NCBI GenBank assembly: GCA_004764695.1
Contig: SMSO01000032.1
Coordinates: 4,620,483-4,684,482 of the forward strand
DNA length: 64,000 nucleotides
Direction: 5' to 3'
From: Schizochytrium sp. TIO01
Taxonomy: Eukaryota; Protista; Bigyra: Labyrinthulomycetes
Notes under the pieces: generated by a model
The model's input: the letters and a program-made list of their open reading frames with translations, nothing else
Databases searched by the model: none
Told to the model about the DNA's origin: nothing
Part shown: positions 22,255 to 32,787 of the stretch, in pieces
Layout: each line of letters opens with the position of its first letter
Position numbering within the stretch: position 1 is the first letter of the stretch
Program-made: the position numbers and the translations under genes

Positions 22255-22713
22255 AAAAATTTTCAATTCCTATGGCGAGAGAGTGGAGCTAAGACTCAAT
22301 TCCGGGTTAGAAGACTGACCCGCGACTCGAAGACAGTTCTTAAATCATGGATAGATTGGTACGCCTCTGGCAACACGGATGACAGGAGCGACTACGTGTT
22401 TGTTTGCATTTTTGAAGAACCTTGGAGGTTCTGAGTCTGTCGTGGACGGGGTACCATTCATTGCAATTCTCTCGGCAAATAACCAGTTTTTACACCACTG
22501 GCGGTGGAAAGTTCGGCTTTGTGAATGAGCGCTTGGCGGAAGCCAACGAGCGACTCATCATCCGAGTTGTCTCAGGTTTAAGGTCACTTGCTGAGACGCC
22601 TAACTTCCAGTCGAAGTTCTTTGATAGTTTGAATTGAAGACTTGTTTCACTTGTAGTCTTTGGAGCTTGGTGGTTCCTTGGCCATTCCATTTTCTTACCT
22701 AATCTCCACTCCT
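22255..22713 (-). ncRNA. Candidate structured ncRNA of unknown family (strand tentative)
   Basis: 8-bp closing helix (22281-88/22704-11), about ten internal helices and an H-type pseudoknot. TATAAA lies ~25 nt upstream on minus, with a T5 run at the end and no internal T4. Confidence 0.5.
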
Positions 22714-23028
22714 AGCGAAGACCTGAGAAGGTATCGTTTATACGGAACAGTCAGGAAAGTAGTGCATAGTACACAAACATTTTTTAAAATGTACAAAAAT
22801 TATGTTTATTAGTTGTGATTTTATTATTATTTATTTTTAAATTTATTTTTAAATAGATATATTATGTAAAGATAATTCATTCTTTATTTATATTAACTAT
22901 TAATTTTAAAATCAAAATTAATTAATATATTATACTATATTTATAATAAAAAAAGGTTAACAAAACAAAAGTAAAGAATATCGGATGGGTAAAAAACTTA
23001 TGCATTTTTGTTTTAAAAAACAAAAGTT

Positions 23029-23102
23029 AATCTCCGGCGGGACTTGAACCCACGATCTCCTGATTCGTAGTCAGGCACCTTATCCAACTTGGCCACGGAG
23101 AC
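23029..23102 (-). tRNA. tRNA-Arg(ACG), identical second copy
   Basis: Exact reverse complement of 21886-21959, followed by TTTT and TTTTTT on minus. Confidence 0.97.
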
Positions 23103-24792
23103 ATTTCTTGTTGTTTGCTAGGGTCCAGATGGTATATATAAAGATAGGAATACCAAAGTGAGTGAGGTACTGGAGCTCTGGGCTTGATACCTTCCTTTTA
23201 GATGACCCGGGCTTGAGTTCCTTCGCGAACCGCCTCGCGAGCCTAGAGATGATTTTTGGGACGGACTACAAGGTACTTTGCACGCACAGGCATATGGTGT
23301 TCATGTTCATGACTTGCCTGAGTAGCTCCTTTCGAAAAAAAGTTACCCTCCCATTGCTTCTTGATATTCAAAGCCAGGATTAACTCCTCGAGTGATGCGC
23401 CGGGGTGAGTCATGAAGGCCACTACTCACGAAAGAAGAGCGGAGAATTGATGATCCCGTGGAGTTAATGAGTACCAGTAGAATAGTTGCAGGTTTCGCGA
23501 TTCACTCCCTTTGGAATATGACACCCTTGGGCACTTATTCGTTGATGTGGAATCCTGTCTTGTTTTGTTTGGCTTTAATCTCGTACGCATGGCTAATTCC
23601 ACTTGCTATGAAAGATTGCCATGCCATGACTGATTCAAGCAATTATGTTTGCAGCAGGACATTATGATTGCCCAGCTCGCACTTTCTTACAGGTTCGTTC
23701 ACGGCACCCATAACGCACCTAGTAGGTAGGAAACTCTAGGTAGCTTCGAGCAAAGTAGACCCAATGTGCTGTGTTTTTCTAATTATAAAAGTTGCCATCA
23801 TGACGATGTACCTCGTTTGTTCCTTCAGCAGAATACAAAATCTGATATCTGGTCACCAACTTGCTTGAACTATCGACTTGAGTTATCGAAACCTAATTCA
23901 GGTCTGCTTTTTAACTCGAACGAGTTTATGCGGTCTCATGGAAAGAACGCATTCGTTGCAGCTTCAAGTTCCCTTCAGGTGCTGCAAAAGTCCTGCCAGC
24001 ACGTGTGAAGAACGATCCGGCAAGGTGAGATACGAGGCTTTCATTGTGAACTTTTATCGCTTGCTGCTGTCGCCGCAGATGGTCTGCTCCTCCTACCCAC
24101 CTCAATTCCACACAACGCTTCGTGACACGAGGAGTGGTGCCCAGGCAGAAGGTTAGTTAGTTAGTATCCAAACCACCGCCCGTCTCCAGGCCCGCACAAG
24201 CAACTTGTCTGCTGCGCTGCCATTCCATCCACACCCATTCTCGTTCTCACTCGTGCGTGTTCCGCGATCGATTTCGGGAGTCTCCGTACTGTAAACCAGG
24301 GAGACATCCGGATTACAAGTAAGCCACTGCTACCGTTGTGCCTAGCCGCACGCCTACTGCTCTTGCCTGCGTAAGGATTCCAGGAATGGCGCCCTGCGCA
24401 TGCATGCATTCATTATGCGCTCACTCTGCAAAGGCACCAGAGGCAGCCAAGGCCCATCCGCGTGCTCTCCGTACCTCTTCATGCGCTGCGTATCTTCAGA
24501 CGGAGGCGCCGAATCGCCGCGAAGGCTGTCTTGACGGCTCAAATGCAGAGCATCGTCGCCGCCGTTTTCACGGCACCAAAGAGCCTTTCTTTGTTTCTGG
24601 GTCAGCAGAGTGCTAGTGAAAGTGATAGCTGCGCCGCTAGCTCTGCTGCTGCTACCACTCGCAGCCATCGAAATCCCTAGCAGTGGGACATGTGCCTCCC
24701 TTCCCTTCGCACTTCCCTTCGAACCACAGAAACAGTATGTATGAATGAGGCAATCAATCAATCAATCCAACAGCAGCAGAAGCAAGCAACGT

Positions 24793-24822
24793 TGCATTGC
24801 ATTGCATTGCATTGCATTGCAT
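24793..24822. repeat. (TTGCA)n repeat
   Basis: Seen directly. Confidence 0.9.
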
Positions 24823-25798
24823 GAGTGAAGACCGGCAGCGTAGTACACGTGCGGCCTCGTCGAGCCAGAAAGTGGAGGTGGGATCGTTCTGGGAGGCGAA
24901 GCTGCCTGTCGATGCCGTGTCGTGACGGCCTGGAGGCAGAAGACCTCGCGGCGAATGCGATTCCATTCATTTCATCAATTCTTCAGGAACTCTGTCGCAC
25001 TAGCACATACATACTAAAAAACTAAATTAATAAGTTATAAATTAAATTAAAATGTAGTGTTAAAAAAAATATATATATATATAATAAAATAACAACAATT
25101 GAAAGCAAAAAGAAGGAAAGGAAAGATATCTTTCAAGCTTGAGATTGTTCGAGCCGAGGCAAGCGCCCTAAGTAAGCACTTTCAGCGGCGTGGAAGGAGT
25201 CCTCGCTTGGGTAGGACCTGCCAGAGGTGCCTATGCTTCGTCACGAGACCTTTCTTCTCGTCCGTATTTGTGTTCTCAACTACTTAATCGTATAATCAAA
25301 AAGTCAAACCCCAAACAGGCGCTTAAAGTCTTTCTTTTCCCTGTTTCATAAGTAGGTAAGTCAGGTAAGTCTACCTATTTGCCTATGTACTATATATAAT
25401 GTATCTTCTGAACATCGCAGTACTTTTGTTACATTGGGCGTGTATTAAGAAGCAGCAGCAGCAGTTTCTATGCATGACGACGACTTCTCTGACTCCAGGG
25501 CATGCATGGGAAACTCAGCGTTATGGCAAAGCTTGCTTGCCAGGTGCCGCCGCAGAGGACCGATCTCTGTCTTGCCAAGGGATATGCCGGTCGGTCGGGT
25601 CTTCCTCCGCAGAGACTGCGCCTCGCTGGCTTGTTCTGCACAGCTTTGGACGTCTGCGTTGCGTTGCTTTGCTTTGCTTTGCTTTGCTCTCCAATTCTTT
25701 AGCTCGAAGCAGCGTCTCTATCTGCCTAGGCAGTCCTAAGCTGGTTCTACTGATTAATTGATTAGTTGAATAAACAAATTAATAAATAAATAAATAAT

Positions 25799-25799
25799 T

Positions 25800-25873
<74 letters not shown>

Positions 25874-25902
25874 CTGTGCTCTCTCTCTCTCTCTCTCTCT
25901 CT
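25799..25902. repeat. (ATCA)n followed by (CT)n microsatellites
   Basis: Seen directly. Confidence 0.95.
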
Positions 25903-26842
25903 ACTAATCTCAAAGATCTACTTTCATTCAATTATTTAACTAAATTCTATTCTCAAAATTAAAGACAAATAAATTAAAAAACAAGAAAAGGAGGAGAAAA
26001 AACCAAAAAAAAGAAAAGAAGATAAACCATAACAGCGAAATAATTGATCACAGCAAACAAAGCACAGAACAACCAGAACATACAGAACAACCAGAACAGA
26101 AACCTGCACTCCTACTAGCCACTAGCGCACTCCTACCATCGCCTAGCAGAGAATGAGCGGCTCGAGAGCTAGCTAGCTAGCTAGCTCTCTCTCTCTCTCT
26201 CTCTTCGCGGCGCCCTCTCCGGCAGGCGGCCGACGCGCTCGGCGTCGCGGGCGCCTGAGAGGCCTCCCTCCGGCCTCCCTGCCTCCCTCCCGGCCGGCCG
26301 GCCGCCTGCCCGGAGCAGCGCCGAGCGAGGGCGCCGCGGCCCCGTTTCTGCGGCAGCGCATTGGCGGCGGCACTGTTCCGCGACTGGGCCAAGGGCAGGC
26401 CAGTAGGCGCGATTAATCACGGTTACCTGGCGCAGTAAGCGTGATTAATTGCGGCTAGCGGGAGCCGCACGCTGAGACGGCTCCGGGAGGGAGAGAGCCG
26501 CCAAGTGGAGAATGGGGCGCGCACACAGTGGAGAATGGGGCGCGCACAGTGGAGTATTCTGGATAGCGCAGTTGCGGCGGCGCGTATAGTTGACTTGCGG
26601 CTGCAGCGGAGAGAAGAGAAAAGATCGAGGATTGATTTCTTCTTGTTTGGCTGCGCTGCCTTCTGCTTCTTCTTCTTTGGAGCCATCTTCTGCGCCTGCG
26701 AGTTTGCGGCTGATTTCTTGGCCTTCGTGGCCTTCTGGCTCCAGGCGGGCCCCTCCTGAGCAGAGGTGAGAGGCCTCGGCGGCGCGTAGGGGCTTGCGAA
26801 GGGTTGGCGCGGCGGCGAGAGAGAGATCGAGTGATTTTCACT

Positions 26843-26930
26843 CAGATTTTACTCTGATTTTTTACTTACTTACTCTGATTTTTACTTACTCTGATTTGCT
26901 CTGATTTGCTCTGATTTGCTCTGATTTAGT
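26843..26930. repeat. CTCTGATTT-based tandem repeats
   Basis: Repeated (CTCTGATTTG) and (CTCTGATTTTTACTTA) units. Confidence 0.85.
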
Positions 26931-27256
26931 TTGATTTATTATTATTTTTCTTTTAGCTGAGGCAAGGGACTAAGGGGCGGTAGGGAGGCTTAGGCGGCGA
27001 AGAGGAGATGTTGAGAGGGAATGAGAGGAAAAGAAAGAAAGTAAAGTAAATTTAGGAACAATTAGGGCGCAATAGGGAGGGCGAAATGAGGAGTGAGGAA
27101 GAGGGCAGTGGCGCAGAGAAGAGGAGGTAGTCCCGGATCGAGGTCGTGCGGCAACAGCAGATTGCGGCGGCTTGACGGAGAGCGAGCGTCGTCGAGGTTG
27201 TCCTTGGACTAGTTTGTTGAGGCAGCAGCTTCTGTTTCTAGTTGGGAAGAAGAAAA

Positions 27257-29047
27257 ATGTGCGGCATCCTGGCCCTCCTCGATGTGCCGGCGCTCACCTT
27301 GAGCGAGGCTCGCAAGCTCGTGCTTGAGCACAGCAAGCTCATTCGCCACCGCGGCCCGGATTGGTCCGGTGTCTTCGAGTTTGAGGACACTGAGTCCGAC
27401 AAGAAGGCAGTCATCGCCCACGAGCGCCTTGCCATCGTGGACCCTGAGAGTGGCGCCCAGCCCCTCTACAACGAGGACAAGACTGTCGTCTGCGCTGTCA
27501 ACGGTGAGCTCTACAACCACCTTGCCGTTCGCAAGGACTTCCCTGACTACAAATTCCAGACCCACTCCGACTGCGAGATCATCATCCCCCTCTACGAGAA
27601 GTACGGCGTTGATATGGTCCCCTACATCGACGGTATGTTCGCCTTCGTCATCTTCGACTCCCGCACCAAGACCTACTTTGCCGCTCGCGACCACATGGGT
27701 ATCGTGCCGCTCTACATTGGCTACCGCGCTGACGGTGGTGTTGTCTTCTGCTCCGAGCTCAAGGGTCTTATCGGCGTCTGCGAGCGCTTCGAGCTCTTCA
27801 AGCCTGGCCACTACTACTCCTCCGAGCTCGGCGAGATGCGTCCCTGGTACACCCCTAAGTGGTACGACCTCAAGTTCAAGCCCACCGAAGAGCTTATTCT
27901 CACCCAGCTCCGCAACCGCTTCGAGAAGGCTGTCGTCAAGCGTCTCATGTCTGACACCCCTTGGGGTGTTCTCCTCAGTGGTGGTCTCGACTCCTCGCTC
28001 GTGAGCAGTGTGGCCGCTCGCCACGCCAAGGAGAACGAGGCCAGCGGATGGCCACGTCTCCACTCTTTCAGCATCGGTCTTGAGGGATCCCCCGATCTTG
28101 CCGCTGCCAAGAAGGTTGCCGAGTTCCTCGGCACCAAGCACCACGGCTTCACCTTCACCGTCCAGGAGGGTCTCGATGCCATTGATGACGTGATCTACCA
28201 CTTGGAGACCTACGACATCACCACCATCCGTGCCGCCACCCCCATGATGCTCATGGCCCGTAAGATTAAGGCTATGGGTGTCAAGATGGTCCTCTCTGGT
28301 GAGGGTGCTGATGAGTGCCTCGGAGGCTACCTGTACTTCCACAAGGCCCCCAACGCCGAGGAGTTCCACAAGGAGACCGTGAATAAGCTCAAGAACCTTC
28401 ACTACTTCGACTGCCTCCGTGCCAACAAGGCCATGAGCGCCTACGGTGTGGAGCCCCGCGTGCCTTTCTTGGACCGCGACTTCCTCGACTACGTCATGAC
28501 CCTCGACACCGAGTGGAAGATGTGCAAGGTCCGCGAGGGCGACGAGAAGCGCGGCAGCATTGAGAAGTACATCATGCGCAAGGCCTTTGACACCCCCGAG
28601 AACCCGTACCTCCCGGAGGACGTTCTCTGGCGCCAGAAGGAGCAGTTCTCCGACGGTGTTGGATACTCATGGATCGACATGCTCCGCGACAAGGCTGACG
28701 AGGAGGTCTCTGACTTGCAGTTCAAGAACCGCAAGAACCTCTTCCCCTACAACACCCCGGCCACCAAGGAGGGATACCGCTACCGTGTTCTCTTCGAGCG
28801 CCACTTCCCTGGTGAGTCTGCTCGCTCCACCGTTCCCGGCGGACCCTCCATCGCCTGCTCCACCCCTGCTGCCATTGAGTGGGACGCCGAGTTCAAGCGC
28901 CTCGCCACCCAGGTTGGTGGTGACAACTCTGGCCGTGCCGTCGCTGGCGTGCACAACAGTGCCTACGATGACGTTGAGGCCACCGTCTCTGGCAAGAAGA
29001 ACGCCAACGGTGCCGTCGAGCCCCCTGCCAAGAAGCAGAAGCAGTAA
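27257..29047 (+). CDS. ASNS: Glutamine-dependent asparagine synthetase (AsnB type)
   Basis: MCGI start at 27257; RHRGPDWSG, HERLAIVD, VNGELYNH, LLSGGLDSS, SGEGADE, RVPFLD, WRQKEQFSDGVG. Confidence 0.98.
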   Translation: MCGILALLDVPALTLSEARKLVLEHSKLIRHRGPDWSGVFEFEDTESDKKAVIAHERLAIVDPESGAQPLYNEDKTVVCAVNGELYNHLAVRKDFPDYKFQTHSDCEIIIPLYEKYGVDMVPYIDGMFAFVIFDSRTKTYFAARDHMGIVPLYIGYRADGGVVFCSELKGLIGVCERFELFKPGHYYSSELGEMRPWYTPKWYDLKFKPTEELILTQLRNRFEKAVVKRLMSDTPWGVLLSGGLDSSLVSSVAARHAKENEASGWPRLHSFSIGLEGSPDLAAAKKVAEFLGTKHHGFTFTVQEGLDAIDDVIYHLETYDITTIRAATPMMLMARKIKAMGVKMVLSGEGADECLGGYLYFHKAPNAEEFHKETVNKLKNLHYFDCLRANKAMSAYGVEPRVPFLDRDFLDYVMTLDTEWKMCKVREGDEKRGSIEKYIMRKAFDTPENPYLPEDVLWRQKEQFSDGVGYSWIDMLRDKADEEVSDLQFKNRKNLFPYNTPATKEGYRYRVLFERHFPGESARSTVPGGPSIACSTPAAIEWDAEFKRLATQVGGDNSGRAVAGVHNSAYDDVEATVSGKKNANGAVEPPAKKQKQ

Positions 29048-30701
29048 AAAGAAAAGTTGCTTTGCTTTACGGAGCGTGCAAGATTTGCCGTGGCGATGAT
29101 CGAGGCTGGATACGTCATTCAGCTGCTACTTGGCTTCCCTTGATACCCACGTCGACTAAGCATTTGTCTCCAAAACATGTGTCTGCATTTGGGCGCATAG
29201 CGTCGTGACGTGTGGCTCGCTCATCGTCCGTTTCACTGCTGATATTCCTCGCAGAGGATGTCTCGTTTGTGCTGTTCATGTCAACGGGAATCATTCTGTG
29301 AGGAATTGTGAGCGAGATACCAAACTTTTTTTACCCCCTGTACGCTGTACGCAATTTGTCTCAGTCCCTTGAACAAATTTTTGCGTAGAGCCATATGCAA
29401 AACGCAAGATTTACCCCCTATCAGCCCGTTTTTTTTCTTTTCTTTTTTCTCCATTCTTCAGGGCGATACATCGAAACTGCTCTATCCAAACAATCTGATT
29501 TTCGCCCACATGGGTTCTTTTGATTTTCTCATTACTATACTTTTGCTTTTAGATGTCCTTTTCTGTATAAGTTTTGGATTTATATGGGTGCGGAATGTGA
29601 GATTGAGCTATGCGAATGTTTCACTTGGACATTGAAGCTACCATTGCGATACCCTCGATATTTCCCTACGGTAAGAAGAGGAAGACCAAGGTGTTCGACC
29701 TATCTAAAGAAAAAAATATCAAAAATGAAAAGTCTTTATTAGGTTATCGTACGGCCTTTGGTTCGATAGCTTGATCCCCTGGACTAACCTGCTACAAAAC
29801 TCCGTACAATTCGATGGAACTTTGTTTTATCCCTTGCCAGAGTGCATTTCAGATTCAAGAAGTATGCATGTGGTCCGCTGATTGTGCTGTCTTGAACGAG
29901 GCATGAAGTGCTCTCTGCGCCTCAATCGATCAAAGTTAAGAAGAGTATGTATGTCCCAAGTTCCTGCTACCTCCATTAGAACCTTATCGTACAGTTTTCG
30001 ACCCGCCTTATCGCTGGCGACCACTTCCTGTACGCTCGCACTGTTGTAAACACGCCTGTGTCTTTTCTCTAGGCCTTCATTGCACTCGTAGCAGATCATT
30101 CTCACAGAACGAACTGCACGCAAGAACGCTGAGGCTCTGAATTGCAGGAGGTGTCTCAACCTTCATCTTCCAGCCAGACACAGCTAAACTTCTGCTGCTT
30201 TTCCTGAAGCTTGCCCAAAGAGCTTACAGCAAGCCGAACAGACAGCCTTCGACGTGTATGCAAAGATCACCCCTCGCGAGGACCAACTGGGGAGCCTTGT
30301 TCTAGCTTCAGCGCGCAGACCGCAAGCTGTTCGAAATAAGTACCACCAAGAATTGAGAGAACCTGAACAAGAAAGATTGGATGAAAAAAATGAAAATGAA
30401 GTGGAAGAAGAGAAAAAGAAGATCTGATAAGGGGTAGTACCGTTTTGGGTAGGGAGCACGTTAAGACGTTTCTTTTGTTCTTTTGTTATTTCTGTTTTCT
30501 TTGTCGCTCTTTGTCACTGTTTCTCTTTGTTTCCGATGCTTTCTTTTTGTTTCCTTTGAGGATCAGACAAGAGACAATCCAAATCCAAATCTAAATCTAA
30601 CCCGGCGAGTAGGTGGGATCGCAAATAGTGCAGCACTTGCTTCGCGGTCTCTCGCACGTCAATTCTGTTTCTTTGGCTTGAGGACTTCAGGCCAAGTGAA
30701 G

Positions 30702-31385
30702 ATGTATTCAACCAACCATGACATCTTGCCGGCGAGTCGCGGAGATTTCGCCATGCAGCACCACCACCCCGAGCCTCATGGCACCTTGGAGGCCACGAGA
30801 ACCGTGACGTTAGCGATTCCTGTTGCAGCGAATGCCCTATGCGTGGCGGCTGCTGCTGGTGCCATCGTGGGTGGTTATGCTGCTGTATGGTGGATGCGGA
30901 GACAGCTCAAGGCGAAGCGGTCCCCACGTCGCATTGCGGGTATCTGCAAGCTTCGACCTGAAAAGGAGGACCAATATACCCAGCTTCACGACCACACATG
31001 GCAAGAGGTCATGGAGATCATGTACAAGAACAATATTCGCAACTTCTCCGTGTTCCTGCACAAGCCTTCTTCCCAGATGTTCTCGTACTTTGAGTACGTT
31101 GGTAAGCACTATGATCAGGATATGGCGAACATTGCAAAAGACCCAGTTGTCAAGTCGTGGTGGTCATTCTGCGAGCCTTGCCAAGAGCCTCTCAAGTGGG
31201 AGGGCCCTCCGCCCAGTGAGGGTGGCACCGGTGGCATGGGAGGTGAGTGGTGGGCGTCCATGACAAACATTAACCACTGCGGAGCGTGGCCGGTTTATTG
31301 GACAGACCGCATGCCAGATCCCGATTTCAAGCCTCAGAATCGACACGGCCTTAAGTCGACCAGGGAGACCCCTCCCCAGCTGTAA
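30702..31385 (+). CDS. rhaM: L-rhamnose mutarotase family protein with an N-terminal membrane anchor
   Basis: KLRPEKEDQYTQLHDHTW, IRNFSVFL, MFSYFEYVG..D.DM..IA.DP....WW...EPCQ. The start could be 30702 or 30753. Confidence 0.85.
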   Translation: MYSTNHDILPASRGDFAMQHHHPEPHGTLEATRTVTLAIPVAANALCVAAAAGAIVGGYAAVWWMRRQLKAKRSPRRIAGICKLRPEKEDQYTQLHDHTWQEVMEIMYKNNIRNFSVFLHKPSSQMFSYFEYVGKHYDQDMANIAKDPVVKSWWSFCEPCQEPLKWEGPPPSEGGTGGMGGEWWASMTNINHCGAWPVYWTDRMPDPDFKPQNRHGLKSTRETPPQL

Positions 31386-32787
31386 TATGGTCTAAGGATC
31401 TAGATTCAGACAACAAAGAAACCCTGCTGCATCCTCCTCCTGACTTGAGCGTTCCTTGCACAAACGAAGCAGGGTTTTCCAACTTTCTTTCTGATTAGAA
31501 AGAGACAATCAAAATTTAAAAACAGACATTTCGCCAATCAATTGATGCATAGATCAGTCATTGTGTCAGGCATTTCTTCCTATCTGAGATAGTAAAACAT
31601 TTCAACCAATAGCAATAAAGAGCATCTGAGTTTCATGAAACTTGAAGAGATCTGAGCGAATGCATCGTCAACATAAAACCCAGAGAAATAGAACGTAATG
31701 AAGACTTCCCACGGCCGAGATCCGATTAACATGTGCATAGAATACAAAATTACCTAGTGACCATACAGCCAGTTTAGCTACAGCAGAGTTCCGTTCTGTT
31801 TAAATCATCATGCTTCCTGTACTGTGTCACGATCGTTCATATTCAAAGTCTCATAATCTTTGTGGAAAGATATCACGACCGTGCGGCAAGTTGCCCATCC
31901 ATATATGGATCAATACGTCCGATCGTATCAAATGCTTGCCTCTACCTCCTTCATCGAGTATACCCTCATGTGTTTTTTCGTTTTCCTTTGAACTAATATT
32001 AGATTGCAAAGTTTCCTTCATATTTTTTTCTTACATTGTTTATTACATCGAAAGATCGCCAAATTCGGGTGGCACAGAAGTAGACAGATTTGTTTCACCT
32101 CAAAGAAATTACAATGGTTTCCTAAATAAGCTCAATTAAAAAGAAGTGGTATGTACTTAACATCCTTGAGGTTCTAGAACGAAAAAGTTTAATCTGTGTG
32201 TTCACACAAGAAAAACTCAGTACAGGTGCCCGCCCACCTTAACGTTTATGATATAATGAGACTAAAGAATACATTAGCAATTCCATTCTGATTTATTGAA
32301 AAGGTAGTTCTGCTGACACTGACGAAGGATAATTCGATTTTTCTGGAGGACTAAAACTATTAAAAAACCTTTTTTTAATGAAGAGACATTAAACGTTGAC
32401 CTGAGCAGAAAGAAGGATAGGTTCATTGTCTGAAACAATCTAAACAGGTTTTAAAGTAAGGGGGTTAAATCCGTAATGATTGTCTCCAGAGAGGCGCCTC
32501 GTCTCATCCTCCGGTAGCAGTTTTAACAATTGAAGGAAGCAGGAAAAGTTAGTGAACCTGCATAAAAATATTAGCCATCATTTCTCTGCTCAATAAAATG
32601 CTTACGCAGAATGAGTCAAATAGACAAGAGGCAACACATTACAAGCATAATGCTGCAAGCGACGGAGCAAGCAATGCAGCGAACAAGCCTAATCGAGAAT
32701 GTATAGGGAAATTGAAACGACAGCTAGCTAGGTACAGGCAAAATAATAGGCCAAAAAAATATCACTTTACCACTTTGATTTATGCAT

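Noticed and set aside
22296-22660. Group I intron, RNase P or Sm-snRNA identity for the structured island
   Set aside because: Partial motif likenesses (GACTAC/GTAGTC, GGAAAGTTCGG, ATTTTTGA), but no room for P8, no CR-V partner and no snRNA signature.
22252-24156. Short ORFs around the tRNAs as a transposon or pseudogene relic
   Set aside because: No recognisable transposase, RT or integrase motif and no target-site duplication.
26504-26930. CRISPR-like array
   Set aside because: Adjacent tandem repeats without unique spacers, in a eukaryotic context with no cas genes.
27209-28402. 397-aa minus ORF opposite ASNS
   Set aside because: Antisense shadow produced by strong codon bias.
5937-29047. 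Functional cluster of two Ntn amidotransferase genes
   Set aside because: They are 17 kb apart with unrelated genes between; probably coincidence.
29827-30459. Protein-like fragments upstream of the mutarotase
   Set aside because: Interrupted by stops, with no start context or family motif.
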